A stretch of 63,522 nt of DNA, filler included, from Thermodesulfobacteriota bacterium (GTDB taxonomy: Bacteria > DASVDK01), in NCBI GenBank assembly GCA_036381125.1. It is 4 parts of 4 records of this genome, joined end to end, with 100 filler letters (N's around TTAATTAATTAA, not from the genome) between each part and the next. Parts side by side here need not be neighbours in the genome. Positions count along the whole stretch, not along the records: positions 1 to 29,398 come from DASVDK010000224.1; positions 29,499 to 46,337 come from DASVDK010000227.1; 2 more parts are not named here. One strand, 5' to 3'. Shown in pieces: positions 19,870 through 30,453 of this stretch. A program made the translations under genes and the position numbers. Below the pieces are notes generated by a model. The model worked only from the letters and a program-made list of their open reading frames with translations, was not told the origin of the DNA and did not search any database. Position 1 is the stretch's first letter. Each line of letters starts with the position of its first letter.

Positions 19870-20690
19870 CGCCCTACGTCCTGGTCGTGCCGGCCCTCGT
19901 CGCGCTCGCCGTCTCGTTCCTCGTGCCGATGGCCTGGCTGGTCCGGATGTCGCTCAACCGCTCCGACTACGGCGCCATCGTCGAGGCGGTGAGCCTCGAG
20001 ACCTACGTGAGCGTGCTGACCGATCCGTTCTACCTGGAGTTGCTCGGCCACACGCTCCGGCTCTCGCTGACGACCGCGCTCGGCGCCCTGCTCCTCGCCT
20101 ACCCGGTCGCGCTCTTCCTGTACCGCTGGCGGTCGCCGTGGCGGACCCCGCTCGCCATCCTGGTCGCGTCGCCGCTCATGGTCTCGGCGGTGCTGCGCGC
20201 CTACGGCTGGATGGTCGTGCTCGGCGACGGCGGGTGGGTGAACTCCATGCTCATGGCCGCCGGGCTCGTGGCCGAGCCGATCCGCATGGTGAACAACCTG
20301 ACCGGCGTCACGATCGGGCTCACCGAGAGTATCATGCCCTACGTGTTCCTCACGGTGCTCGCCGGGCTCGGGCGGATCGACGAGGCGTTCGAGGAGGCGG
20401 CCATGTCGCTCGGCGCGCCGCCGCACCTGGTCTTCCTCAAGGTGACGCTCCCCTTGAGCCTCCCGGCGGTCGTCCTCGGGGGGACGATCGGGTTCGTGCT
20501 GTCGATCTCCTCGTTCATCACGCCGTCCTTGCTCGGCGGCGGCCGCGTCTTCCTGCTCGCGACCGAGATCTACGACCTCGCCCTGGTCAACCTCGACTGG
20601 CCGAAGGCCGCCGCCCTCTCGTTCGTGATGCTCCTGCTCTTCGCGGCCGCGCTCGCCCTGGTGACGCGGCTCCTCAGGCGGGTGAGCTGA
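19866..20690 (+). CDS. PotB-like ABC permease
   Basis: [18 protein letters not shown]. Confidence 0.9.
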   Translation: MTPYVLVVPALVALAVSFLVPMAWLVRMSLNRSDYGAIVEAVSLETYVSVLTDPFYLELLGHTLRLSLTTALGALLLAYPVALFLYRWRSPWRTPLAILVASPLMVSAVLRAYGWMVVLGDGGWVNSMLMAAGLVAEPIRMVNNLTGVTIGLTESIMPYVFLTVLAGLGRIDEAFEEAAMSLGAPPHLVFLKVTLPLSLPAVVLGGTIGFVLSISSFITPSLLGGGRVFLLATEIYDLALVNLDWPKAAALSFVMLLLFAAALALVTRLLRRVS

Positions 20691-20693
20691 CCC

Positions 20694-21473
20694 GTGGTCC
20701 TCCTCGGTCGCGCGTACGTCGCCGGCGTCTACGCCTTCGTCTTCCTGCCGCTCGTGCTCGTGCTCCTGATCTCCTTCTCGGGCGACAGCTACCTCAACTT
20801 CCCGCCCGGCTCGTGGAGCCTGCGCTGGTACGAGACCCTCCTCGACAACCGGGCGTTCATCGCCGCGGCACAGCGCAGCTTCCTCATCGCCCTCGTGGTC
20901 ACGGCCGCGAGCCTCGCCCTCGGCATCCCGGCGGCCTACGCGATCGCCCGGATGGAGTTCCGGGGACGCGGCCTCGTCCAGACGCTGCTCTTCGCGCCGC
21001 TCCTCCTGCCGACGCTCGTGCTCGCGCTGGCGATGCTGCTCGTCTTCTATCCGCTCGGGCTCGCCGCGACCTATCCCGGTCTCGTCCTGGCCCACCTCGC
21101 GATCTGCCTGCCGTTCGCGGTGCGGGTGCTCACCACGTCGCTCTCGGTCATGCCGCCGGACCTCGAGGACGCCGCCGCGACGCTCGGCGCGCGGCCGCTC
21201 GAGGCCTTCCGGTACGTGACGCTGCCGCTGCTCCGCCCGGGCATCGTCGCCGCGGGAGCGCTCTCGGCAACGCTCTCCTTCGACGAGATCGTGATCTCGC
21301 TCTTCATCGTCGGCCCGCGGCTCTCGACCCTGCCGGTCGAGATCTACCGGTACGTCGACGAGCGGACCGACCCGCTGATCGCCGCGGTCGCGGTCGTCCT
21401 CATCACCGTCACGCTCCTGACCGTCATGCTCGTCGAGCGGACGGTCGGCTTCATGCGCGCCTTCGGGCGCTGA
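20694..21473 (+). CDS. PotC-like ABC permease
   Basis: WSLRWY; EDAAATLGA; LSFDEIVISLF. Confidence 0.9.
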   Translation: MVLLGRAYVAGVYAFVFLPLVLVLLISFSGDSYLNFPPGSWSLRWYETLLDNRAFIAAAQRSFLIALVVTAASLALGIPAAYAIARMEFRGRGLVQTLLFAPLLLPTLVLALAMLLVFYPLGLAATYPGLVLAHLAICLPFAVRVLTTSLSVMPPDLEDAAATLGARPLEAFRYVTLPLLRPGIVAAGALSATLSFDEIVISLFIVGPRLSTLPVEIYRYVDERTDPLIAAVAVVLITVTLLTVMLVERTVGFMRAFGR

Positions 21474-21486
21474 CCAGCGAGGAGTC

Positions 21487-22323
21487 ATGACCATGAAGGT
21501 CTCGCTCATCCAGATGAACACGCGGAGCGACCGCGCCGAGAACCTGGCGCAGGCGAAGGCGCTCATGGAGGCGGCGATCGCCGCGGACCGACCGGACCTC
21601 CTCGTGCTGCCGGAGCACTTCGAGTACGCCGGCGGGACGACCGCCGAGAAGGTCGCGGCGGCAGACCGGGTGCCGGGGGGCGCGGCCTACGAGATGGCCC
21701 AGGGGGTGGCGAAGGCCAACCGGGTCTGGGTGCACGCCGGCAGCCTCCTCGAGCGGATCGAGGGGGACTCGCGCATCTACAACACGACCGTCGTGTTCGA
21801 CCGGAGCGGGAGGGAGGTCGCCCGCTACCGGAAGATCCACCTCTTCGACGTGACCGCGCCCGACGGCACGCCGTACAACGAGTCGGCCACGATCAGGCCG
21901 GGCGAGGACATCGTCCTCTACGACCTCGAGGGGCTCACCGTCGGCTGCGCCATCTGTTACGACCTCCGCTTCGGCGAGCTGTTCATCACGCTCGGCAAGC
22001 GGGGGGCCGACGTCATCGTCCTGCCCGCCGCCTTCACGCTGCAGACCGGCAAGGACCACTGGGAGGTCCTCTGCCGCGCCCGCGCCATCGAGACGCAGAC
22101 CTACTTCCTCGCCGCCGCCCAGTGGGGGAGCTTCACGGGGCCGAAGGGCGACACGCGCCACACGTACGGCCACTCGATGGTGGTGGACCCCTGGGGGCAC
22201 GTGGTCGCCCGCGCGTCGGACGGCGTCGGCCACGTCACCGCGGCGATCGACCCGGCGCAGCTCGCCCGCGTGCGCGGCCTCATCCCCATGAACGCGCACC
22301 GCCGGCTCGGCGTGAGCCGCTAG
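21487..22323 (+). CDS. Carbon-nitrogen hydrolase (nitrilase superfamily, Nit1-like)
   Basis: Catalytic triad LPE / YRKIHLFD / ICYDLRF; RARAIETQ. Confidence 0.9.
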   Translation: MTMKVSLIQMNTRSDRAENLAQAKALMEAAIAADRPDLLVLPEHFEYAGGTTAEKVAAADRVPGGAAYEMAQGVAKANRVWVHAGSLLERIEGDSRIYNTTVVFDRSGREVARYRKIHLFDVTAPDGTPYNESATIRPGEDIVLYDLEGLTVGCAICYDLRFGELFITLGKRGADVIVLPAAFTLQTGKDHWEVLCRARAIETQTYFLAAAQWGSFTGPKGDTRHTYGHSMVVDPWGHVVARASDGVGHVTAAIDPAQLARVRGLIPMNAHRRLGVSR

Positions 22324-22333
22324 GGGGGCCGCG

Positions 22334-23011
22334 GTGTACACGATCGAGCCGATGCCGGAGCCGGTTCCCGCGGAGGACCTCGCGCTGCTCGCCAGGGTCG
22401 AGACGGCGACGGTCGGCCACTGGCGGCACATCGGCTTCATGCACCGCGCCATCCAGCCGCTCCTCAGGGGCAAGCGAGTCGTCGGCACGGCCGTGACCGT
22501 GGCGATCCCGGGGCCCGACTCCACCCTGCTCCACCACGCGCTCGGGCTCCTCCGGCCGGGGGACGTCGTGGTCGTCGACCGGCTCGGCGACGACCGCCAC
22601 GCCTGCTGGGGCGGCGGGGTGACGATCGCGGCGAAGACCGCGGGCGCGGTGGGCGCCGTCGTGGACGGCCCCTGCACCGACCTCGCGGAGATCGAGCAGT
22701 CCGACTTCCCGGTCTGGTGCCGGGGCCTCTCGCCGATCACCACGCGCCTCTACGACCTCGGCGGCGCGCTCAACATCCCGGTCGCCTGCGGCGGCGCCGT
22801 GGTGCGGCCGGGCGACGCGATCCTGGCCGACGAGAGCGGCGTGCTCGTCCTCCCCCGCGGCGAGGTCCGCGCCGTCGCCGAGCAGGCGATCGCGCGGCAG
22901 GAGCGGGGAGCGGCGCGGGAGGCCGAGGTGCGGGCCGGCGCGAAGCTGGGCGAGCTCTCCGGCGCGACGGCGAAGGTGCTTGCCGCGCTCGAGGCCGCCC
23001 GGAAGCGCTGA
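22334..23011 (+). CDS. RraA/HMG-aldolase family protein
   Basis: [33 protein letters not shown]. Confidence 0.85.
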   Translation: MYTIEPMPEPVPAEDLALLARVETATVGHWRHIGFMHRAIQPLLRGKRVVGTAVTVAIPGPDSTLLHHALGLLRPGDVVVVDRLGDDRHACWGGGVTIAAKTAGAVGAVVDGPCTDLAEIEQSDFPVWCRGLSPITTRLYDLGGALNIPVACGGAVVRPGDAILADESGVLVLPRGEVRAVAEQAIARQERGAAREAEVRAGAKLGELSGATAKVLAALEAARKR

Positions 23012-23029
23012 CGAGGAGCGCGACCCCCC

Positions 23030-23520
23030 GTTCCTCGCCGCCGTCGCCATCAGCTTCGGACCCCCGCGGAGTACACGGTGCTGCCGGGACCGAGCGGATG
23101 CGGGAAGTCGACGCTCCGGCGCTGCCTCGCCGGGCTCGAGACCCCGGACGCCGGCCAGGTCCTCATCGACGGCGAGGTCGCAAAACGACCCGGCCCGGGG
23201 CGTGTTCCTCCCGCCCGAGCGGCGGGTGCTCCTCCTCGACGAGCCGCTCTCGAACCTCGACGCGGTGCTCCGCGTCAAGACCCGGGTGCAGCTCCGCGAC
23301 CTGCAACGCCGGCTCGGCATCACCATGATCTACGTCGCGCACGACCGGGAAGAGGCCATGGCGCTAACGTGGTCGACCTCACCTGCCTGGGCGACTCCTG
23401 CGACATCGAGGTGGAGTCCTCCGGCATCCACCTGCGAGTCGGCGCGGGCTCGGGCACTCGCGTGGACGTCGGGGACCGGGTCCGGGTCGAGTGCCGCCCG
23501 AGCGCTGCCGCCTGCTGGCC
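23030..23520 (+). pseudogene. Decayed ABC ATPase (internal deletions and frameshifts)
   Basis: Walker [10 protein letters not shown], Walker [22 protein letters not shown] and a TOBE-like piece lie in different frames; Q-loop and signature regions are missing. Confidence 0.75.
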
Positions 23521-23590
23521 GGCGACGCCGCCGCCGGCGGCCCGTCCGTCGGGCAGCCGCTCCACGCCTGACTCTGAAGGAGGCCAACGG

Positions 23591-24961
23591 ATGAAAGAAA
23601 TCGTCGCCCTCGCCCCGACCGGCATGCTCGGCTCGGGGTACCTGCCGGAGTCCTTCCGCCTGGCCATGGAGCGGAAGCCTCACTTCATCGGGCAGGACTC
23701 GGGCACCATGGACAGCGGCCCCAACAAGCTCGGCACGGGCACGCCGCTCTTCTCGCGCGCCGCGTACAAGCGGGACATCGAGATCATGCTGCGCGGGGCC
23801 CGCCGTGCCGGCATCCCGCTCCTGATCGGCTCGTGCGGCGGCTCCGGCTCCGACATCGGCCTCGCCTTCGTGCGCGACATCGTCGAGGAGGTGGCGCGGG
23901 AGCACAGGCTCCACTTCAAGATGGCGCTGATCCACGCCGAGCAGCAGAAGGGCTACCTCACCGAGAAGTTCCGCGCGGGGCGCATCAAGCCGCTCTGGCC
24001 CGAGCGGCCGTTCACCCAGGCAATGATCGACCGGGCCGAGCACATCGTCGGCATGATGGGCGCCGAGCCCTTCATGGCCGCGCTCGACCGGGGCGCCGAG
24101 GTCGTGCTCGCCGGCCGCTCCAGCGACACCTCGATGTTCGCCGCGTACTTCTTGCGGGAGGGCATCGATCCGGGCATCGCCTGGCACACCGCGAAGATCC
24201 TCGAGTGCGGCGCCGCCGCGGTCGTCCAGCGCCGCAATCCCGACTGCATGCTCGGCTTCGTCCGCGAGGACCACTTCATCATCGAGCCGTCGAATCCCGA
24301 GTTGCGCTGCTCGCCGCAGAGCGTGGCGTCGCACACGCTCTACGAGAACGGCGACCCGTTCCACCTCGTCGAGCCGGCCGGCACGCTCGACACCGAGTTC
24401 ACAACGTACGAGGCGGTGAACGACCGCGCCGTCAAGGTGTCCGGCTCGCGCTTCGTGCCGGCGAAGCCGTACACCGTCAAGCTCGAGGCCTCGGAGAAGG
24501 TGGGCTACCAGAGCGTCCTGATCGGCGGCGTCCGCGATCCCTTCATCCTGCGCCAGCTCGACACCTGGCTCTCGACGCTCAAGGAGCGGGTCGCGGAGCG
24601 GATCCACAACGTGTACGCGGGCGAGGTGCGTCCGGAGGACTACACGTTCAACGTGATCGTGTACGGGCGGGACGGCGTCATGGGCCCGCTCGAGCCGAAC
24701 AGGACGGTCGGACACGAGGTGGGCCTCGTCTTCGAGGTGACGGCGCAGACCCAGCAGCGGGCGACCGACATCTGCAAGAGCGTCAGCCACCTCGCGGCGC
24801 ACCATCCCGTCAAGGAATGGAGCGGCCTCATCACGGGCGTCGCGTTTCCCTACGCCCTCGCGCCGCTCGAGCGCGGCCTCGTCTGCCGGTTCACGATGAA
24901 CCACGTCGTCGAGGTGGACGACCCGCTGGAGATGTTCCCGATCGAGTACGTGCAGGTCTAG
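23591..24961 (+). CDS. AtuA/DUF1446 family protein
   Basis: [47 protein letters not shown]. Confidence 0.8.
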   Translation: MKEIVALAPTGMLGSGYLPESFRLAMERKPHFIGQDSGTMDSGPNKLGTGTPLFSRAAYKRDIEIMLRGARRAGIPLLIGSCGGSGSDIGLAFVRDIVEEVAREHRLHFKMALIHAEQQKGYLTEKFRAGRIKPLWPERPFTQAMIDRAEHIVGMMGAEPFMAALDRGAEVVLAGRSSDTSMFAAYFLREGIDPGIAWHTAKILECGAAAVVQRRNPDCMLGFVREDHFIIEPSNPELRCSPQSVASHTLYENGDPFHLVEPAGTLDTEFTTYEAVNDRAVKVSGSRFVPAKPYTVKLEASEKVGYQSVLIGGVRDPFILRQLDTWLSTLKERVAERIHNVYAGEVRPEDYTFNVIVYGRDGVMGPLEPNRTVGHEVGLVFEVTAQTQQRATDICKSVSHLAAHHPVKEWSGLITGVAFPYALAPLERGLVCRFTMNHVVEVDDPLEMFPIEYVQV

Positions 24962-24970
24962 GGGGAGGAC

Positions 24971-25279
24971 ATGGCGACGACGCTCAAGGACGTGACGCGG
25001 CTCATCCGCAGCAAGAACGCTGGGGCCTTCCAGCTGACCTTCGACATCATGTTCGACGACGAGCAGACCTACAGGCGGGTCCGGGACGCCAACGTCATCA
25101 CCAAGCCGCTCATCCGGTCCCTGTACGGGACGCCCGAGGAGGACATCCTGATCGTCAACTACGACGCGGCGCAGGCCATCAAGATCACCATCCCCCGCCC
25201 CGTCTCCTGCGGCGACCTGGGAGAGCGGGACATCTTCGGGGGGCAACAGTACGCGCCCCTCATGGACATCGAGATCTGA
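24971..25279 (+). CDS. DUF4387 family protein (AtuA-like partner)
   Basis: IRSKNAGAFQLTFDIMF..AIKITIPR..DIFGGQQYAPL. Confidence 0.8.
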   Translation: MATTLKDVTRLIRSKNAGAFQLTFDIMFDDEQTYRRVRDANVITKPLIRSLYGTPEEDILIVNYDAAQAIKITIPRPVSCGDLGERDIFGGQQYAPLMDIEI

Positions 25280-25772
25280 GGGGAGCGCGCCCATGGCGGA
25301 GGCCATCAAGGGCGCGGGGGGGGACCGGCACCGTGGTGACGATCGACGAGGTGAAGGTCTCCCACTGCCTCTTCCCGCCGGCCGCTTGCGCGGCGGTGAG
25401 GCGGGCCGGCGCCGTGCACGTGGGCCCGGTCGACGGCACCGCCAACGGCCTGCTCCTCTCCGCGCCCCCTTCCCGGGTCGGCCCCGGCGGGCGGGTGACC
25501 GCCCCCTCGCTCGTCGAGGCAACGCCGGCGGGTCTCGCGCGGGCCGGCAGGTCGTCGAGCGTGTCGTCGGTACGGGTCGACACGGCTCGCCGATAGGAAG
25601 GAGGCGTCCGCGGGATCGGCGGTCGGTCCACGGGGGAGCGGCGCGCGGCCGGCCCGGCAGGCAGCCGGCCGTGAGGCGAGGCGCGCCCCGGTCTTTCGGC
25701 TTGACAAGGACTCGGCCCGCACCACAGTCTAGTATCAATCGTGCCCTCTCGATCCGGTCCGCATGGTGGCGT

Positions 25773-26633
25773 GTGACTGACCTCGTCCTGGTCCTCGCGA
25801 TGAACGGGCTCGTGTGGGGCCTCATCGTCGCCCTGATCGCGCTCGGTCTCTCCATCATCTTCGGCCTGCTCGACTTCATCAACGTCGCCCACGGCGACTT
25901 CTTCATGGTCGGCACCGTCCTCGCCTGGACCATGATCGAGTACACGGACAACTACTGGCTCGCGTTCCTCGTCGTGCCGCTCGCGGGGCTCGTCCTCGGC
26001 GCGGCCACCGAGCGGGCGGTCCTCAGGCCGGTGCAGACCTCGGCGTCGTTGTCCATCGTCGCCGCCTTCGGGCTCTCGCTCATCCTGCAGGAGACCGTGC
26101 GCGCCACCTTCGGCGCCACGCCGAAGCGGATCCTCGATCCGATCGGGGCGACCGTCTCCGTCCTGAACGTCCAGTACCCGATCTACCGGCTCTTCGCGGC
26201 GGCCGTCTCCGTCGTCGCCCTCGTGGGCTTCTTCCTCTTCCTGCACCGGACGAAGTTCGGGACCTGGATGCGCGCGGTCCGCCAGGACCGGGAGACGGCC
26301 ATCGCGATGGGCGTGCCGGCGAACCTCGTCTTCGCCGTCACCTTCGGGCTCGGCACGGCCATGGCGATGCTCGGCGGCGTCGTCGCGGCGCCGATCACGA
26401 CGGTGGAGTTCCGGCTCGGGCTCGACGTCCTGCCGCTCTGCTTCATCGCGGTGATCATCGGCGGCCTCGGGAACCTCCCCGGGACGGCGGCGGCCGCGGT
26501 GCTCCTCGCCGTGCTCGAGGGGGTCATCACGAGCTTCAGCGAGCCGACGACGGCCCGGATCGCGTCGCTCGTCCTCATGAGCGTGGTCCTGCTCCTGCGG
26601 CCGCAGGGGATCTTCGCGAGGAGCCGCGCGTGA
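25773..26633 (+). CDS. livH: Branched-chain ABC permease (LivH-like)
   Basis: GLSIIFGLLDFINVAHG; IIGGLGN; RPQGIF; TTGACA at 25701. Confidence 0.88.
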   Translation: MTDLVLVLAMNGLVWGLIVALIALGLSIIFGLLDFINVAHGDFFMVGTVLAWTMIEYTDNYWLAFLVVPLAGLVLGAATERAVLRPVQTSASLSIVAAFGLSLILQETVRATFGATPKRILDPIGATVSVLNVQYPIYRLFAAAVSVVALVGFFLFLHRTKFGTWMRAVRQDRETAIAMGVPANLVFAVTFGLGTAMAMLGGVVAAPITTVEFRLGLDVLPLCFIAVIIGGLGNLPGTAAAAVLLAVLEGVITSFSEPTTARIASLVLMSVVLLLRPQGIFARSRA

Positions 26634-27628
26634 ACGCCGCGGCGGCCTTCCGGCCGTCCGGCGGCGCCGGCCCCGGCGTGGTGCCTCCGGCCTTCTTCGT
26701 GCTCTTGGCCGGCGGCGTCGTCGTGCTGCCCTGGCTCGTCCCGGACTACCAGCGGGTCTTCGTCGCCGAGATCCTCGTCTGGGGCCTCTTCGCGATGTCG
26801 TTCGGCATGGTGTACGGCTACGGCGGGATGCTCTCGTTCGCCCAGGCCGTCTTCTTCGGGGCGGGCTGCTACGGCTTCAACGTCGGGACCTACGCCCTGA
26901 GCCTCAACACCTGGGGCGCCATCGTCTCCGCCATCCTCGCCGCCGTCCTCCTCGCCGTGCCGATCGGGTTCGTGGCGACGCGCGTGCGCCATCACCACTT
27001 CCTCATCGTGACCGTGATCGTGTCGGTGCTCGTCACGGCCGTGCTCTCGTCCGGCCACTGGCGCTGGGTCGCCGGCCCCTACGTGACCCGCTCGCTCGAC
27101 TTCGTCCCGGAGGTGCCGCTCGGCCCCGTCCGGCTCAGCTTCGGCAACGAGCTGGTCGCCTACTACTTCACGGTGACGCTCGTCGCCGCCGCCTTCGCGC
27201 TGGCAACGCTCCTGGTCGAGTCGCCGTTCGGCCGCGCGCTCGTCGCGGTGCGCGAGAACGAGGTCCGGGCGCAGCTCGTCGGGCTCGACGTGAACCGGCT
27301 CCGGTGGATGATGTTCGTGGCGGCGGCCGGCGTCGCGGGACTGTCGGGGTCCCTCTACGCGCTCCTCGCGCGCTACACGAACCTCGAGTTCTTCGAGTGG
27401 ACCTACTCCGGCCGCGCGATCGTCATGGCGATCCTCGGCGGGACCGGCTCGCTCGTCGGACCCTTCGTCGGGACCGCCTTCTACATGCTCCTCGGCGAGT
27501 ACCTCTCCCGCTACCTCGAGCAGTTCGTCGTGCTGGTCGGCGTGCTGCTCCTCGTCGTGATCCGATTCGCCCCGGAGGGGCTCTTCGGCCTCGTCCTGCG
27601 GGGGCTCGCGGTGGCGCGGAAGCCGTGA
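26630..27628 (+). CDS. livM: Branched-chain ABC permease (LivM-like) 1
   Basis: GYGGMLSFAQAVFFGAG; SPFGRALVAVRENE. Confidence 0.88.
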   Translation: MNAAAAFRPSGGAGPGVVPPAFFVLLAGGVVVLPWLVPDYQRVFVAEILVWGLFAMSFGMVYGYGGMLSFAQAVFFGAGCYGFNVGTYALSLNTWGAIVSAILAAVLLAVPIGFVATRVRHHHFLIVTVIVSVLVTAVLSSGHWRWVAGPYVTRSLDFVPEVPLGPVRLSFGNELVAYYFTVTLVAAAFALATLLVESPFGRALVAVRENEVRAQLVGLDVNRLRWMMFVAAAGVAGLSGSLYALLARYTNLEFFEWTYSGRAIVMAILGGTGSLVGPFVGTAFYMLLGEYLSRYLEQFVVLVGVLLLVVIRFAPEGLFGLVLRGLAVARKP

Positions 27629-28599
27629 GGGCCGCGGCCGGCGCGCGGCGCCTCGACGCGTTCGCCTGGGCCGGGATCGTGGCCGCGGCCGGCCTCGTCG
27701 CCGCGCCATGGGTCCTCCCGCTCGTCGTGGAGGACTTCTGGGTCAACGTCCTCGCCGAGATCATGATCTGGAGTCTCTTCGCGGCCAGCGTGAACCTGCT
27801 CCTCGGCTACACGGGGCTCCTCTCCTTCGGCCAGGCGCTCTACTTCGGCGTGGGCGCCTACGGGCTCGCGCTGGGCATCGACATGCTCGGCCTCTCGTTC
27901 TGGCCGTCGTTCCTCCTCGGGGCGGTCCTGGCGACGGCGATGGCGGCGATCGCGGGGGTCTTCGCCGTCCGCCTGACCTGGCACTACTTCGCCATCATCA
28001 CGGTCGTCTTCTCGCTGATCTTCTACTTCCTCGCGGTGGGGTGGAAGGACCTCACGGGCGGCGACGACGGCCTCCCGTTCTCGCCGCCGCCGGTGCTGGA
28101 GCTGGGCGGGACGGAGCTGAGCCTCTTCGACCCGACGTTCCAGTACTACTTCATCCTCGTCGTGGTGGGGCTCTGCTTCCTCCTGATGCGGGCCGTGCTC
28201 GCGAGCCCGCTCGGGCATGCATTCGTCGCCGTGCGCGAGAACGCCTCCCGGGCGAGCCTGATCGGCCTCAGCCCCTACCGGATCCGCTACGCCTCCTTCG
28301 TGCTCTCCGGCTTCTTCGCGGGGGTGGCGGGGGTCCTCTTCGCGCTCTTCGCTCGGTACGTCTCGGCGCAGTACCTCTTCTGGACCGTCTCGGGGGAGGG
28401 CGTGGTCTGGACCATCGTCGGCGGCGCCGGGACGCTCTTCGGGCCGGCGATCGGTGCGGCGCTGCTGATCGTCCTGCGCGAGGAGCTGTCGGTCTACTGG
28501 GAGCACTACCTCCTCCTCGTCGGCGTCATCGTGATCGTGTTCGTCGCCTTCGCGCCCGAGGGCGTCATGGGCCTCCTCATGAAGCGGTCGAAGCGATGA
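27625..28599 (+). CDS. livM: Branched-chain ABC permease (LivM-like) 2
   Basis: GYTGLLSFGQALYFGVGAY; TGGDDG; APEGVMG. Confidence 0.88.
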   Translation: MRAAAGARRLDAFAWAGIVAAAGLVAAPWVLPLVVEDFWVNVLAEIMIWSLFAASVNLLLGYTGLLSFGQALYFGVGAYGLALGIDMLGLSFWPSFLLGAVLATAMAAIAGVFAVRLTWHYFAIITVVFSLIFYFLAVGWKDLTGGDDGLPFSPPPVLELGGTELSLFDPTFQYYFILVVVGLCFLLMRAVLASPLGHAFVAVRENASRASLIGLSPYRIRYASFVLSGFFAGVAGVLFALFARYVSAQYLFWTVSGEGVVWTIVGGAGTLFGPAIGAALLIVLREELSVYWEHYLLLVGVIVIVFVAFAPEGVMGLLMKRSKR

Positions 28600-29381
28600 C
28601 GACGCCGATCCTCGAGATCAAGGGGCTCACCAGGCGGTTCGGCGGACTCGTCGCGGTCGACCGGGTCGACTTCACGCTGCCGGGCGGCGAGCTGCACGCG
28701 ATCATCGGTCCCAACGGGGCCGGCAAGACGACGCTCTTCAACCTGATCTCCGGCTTCCTCCGGGCCGACGCAGGACGGGTGATCTTCCGGGGTCAGGACA
28801 TCCTCGGCAGGCCGCCGCACGAGATCAGCCGGGCCGGCATCGCCCGCACGCTCCAGGTGAAGAGCGTCTTCGGCGGCCTCACCGTCTTCGACAACGTCTG
28901 GATCGCGGCCGAGGCGCAGAAGCCCTACCTGCACCCGCTCCGCCCGATGCGGCGGTCGACCGACACCGCAAAGTGGGTCGAGGCGCTGCTCGAGGACATG
29001 GGCCTCACGCCGTACGCGCACGAGCTCGCCGGCAACCTCTCCTACGGGGACGTGGCGCTCCTCGAGATCGCCATCGCGCTCGCCATGAAGCCGAGGCTCC
29101 TGCTGCTCGACGAGCCGGTCTCGGGGATGAGCCCGAGCGAGACGAAGCGGACGGCGGCCAAGATCCGGGAGCTGTCGCGGAGCGTGGACATCATCCTGGT
29201 CGAGCACGACATGGAGGTCGTCTTCGAGATTGCCGACGTCATCACCGTCATGAACCAGGGCGCCGTCCTCTGCCAGGGGCCGCCCGAGGCGATCGCGAGG
29301 GACCCGCGCGTCCAGGAGGCGTATCTGGGCGCCGCCGAGGACGACGCCGACGCGGCCGGAGGGACCCGTGCTCCGGCTTGA
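28596..29381 (+). CDS. livG: Branched-chain ABC ATPase (LivG-like)
   Basis: GPNGAGKTT; LLLDEPVSGM; VQEAYLG. Confidence 0.9.
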   Translation: MTTPILEIKGLTRRFGGLVAVDRVDFTLPGGELHAIIGPNGAGKTTLFNLISGFLRADAGRVIFRGQDILGRPPHEISRAGIARTLQVKSVFGGLTVFDNVWIAAEAQKPYLHPLRPMRRSTDTAKWVEALLEDMGLTPYAHELAGNLSYGDVALLEIAIALAMKPRLLLLDEPVSGMSPSETKRTAAKIRELSRSVDIILVEHDMEVVFEIADVITVMNQGAVLCQGPPEAIARDPRVQEAYLGAAEDDADAAGGTRAPA

Positions 29382-29398
29382 AGGCGTCCACGCGCACT
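29368..29398 (+). CDS. Start of a LivF-like ATPase, truncated by the gap
   Basis: GTG start, MLRLEGVHAH, overlapping the livG end. Confidence 0.55.
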
Positions 29399-29498
29399 NN
29401 NNNNNNNNNNNNNNNNNNNNNNNNNNNNNNNNNNNNNNNNNNTTAATTAATTAANNNNNNNNNNNNNNNNNNNNNNNNNNNNNNNNNNNNNNNNNNNN
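29399..29498. other. Artificial contig spacer
   Basis: N-run with TTAATTAATTAA (stops in all six frames). Confidence 0.97.
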
Positions 29499-29541
29499 GC
29501 GTCATCTGACGGACTGCGGCCGGTCGAAGGAGGAGGACGCC

Positions 29542-30453
29542 ATGCCGCGCGATGCCGCGCTGCCCGTCTGGCGCTCGATGCTGTACGTTCCCGTCAACGT
29601 CGATCGCTTCGTCGACAAGGCGCACACTCGAGGGGCCGACGCGATCCAGCTCGATCTCGAGGACAGCATCCCCCCCGCCGAGAAGGCATCCGCGCGCCGG
29701 CTCGTCCAGGAGGCGGCGGAGAAGGTCGCCCGCGGCGGCGCCGACGTGCTCGTCCGAATCAACCGGCCGTGGCGGGAGGCGCTCAAGGATCTCGAGGCCT
29801 CCGTCTCGCCCCGTGTCCAGGGGCTCGCCATTCCCAAGGTCGAGAGCGCGGATCACCTCAGGATGATCGCCGAGGTCGTCGGCGAGCTCGAGCGTGAGCG
29901 CGGGATGACCGTCGGCTCGACGAAGCTCGTCGCCATGATCGAGACCGCCGACGCGTTCCTCCGGATGGAGGCGATCGCAGCGGCCGACCCGCGCGTCGTC
30001 GGCCTCACGCTCGGCTCCGAGGACTTCGCGCTGTCGGTGGGGATGGAGCCCGAGGCCGACGGTCTCCTCTTCCCGAAGGTTCAGGTCGTCATCGCGGCCC
30101 GCGCCGCGGGGATTCTCCCCCTCGGCTTCGTCGGCACCGTCGCCGACTACCAGGACCTCGACCGCTTCCGCGAGGTCGTGCGCCGATCGCGCCGCCTCGG
30201 TTTCCTGGGCGCAAGCTGTATCCATCCGGGGCAGGTCCGGGTGCTCAACGAAGAGTACCGGCCGTCCCCCGACGAGGTGGCGCACGCCCGCCGCGTGGTC
30301 GCGGCCTACGAGAAGGCGGTCGCGGCCGGAATCGGCGCCTTCGAGGTGGACGGCAAGATGGTCGACATCCCGATCGTCGAGCGTGCCCGCGCCCTCCTGG
30401 ACCGGGACGAGGCCATACGAGAGCGGGAGCGCCGTGCCGCGGCCGCCGGGTAG
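29542..30453 (+). CDS. CitE/HpcH-HpaI aldolase-citrate lyase family
   Basis: RSMLYVP; LDLEDS; VRIN; MIETA; GSEDF; CIHPGQV; DGKMVDIP. Confidence 0.9.
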   Translation: MPRDAALPVWRSMLYVPVNVDRFVDKAHTRGADAIQLDLEDSIPPAEKASARRLVQEAAEKVARGGADVLVRINRPWREALKDLEASVSPRVQGLAIPKVESADHLRMIAEVVGELERERGMTVGSTKLVAMIETADAFLRMEAIAAADPRVVGLTLGSEDFALSVGMEPEADGLLFPKVQVVIAARAAGILPLGFVGTVADYQDLDRFREVVRRSRRLGFLGASCIHPGQVRVLNEEYRPSPDEVAHARRVVAAYEKAVAAGIGAFEVDGKMVDIPIVERARALLDRDEAIRERERRAAAAG

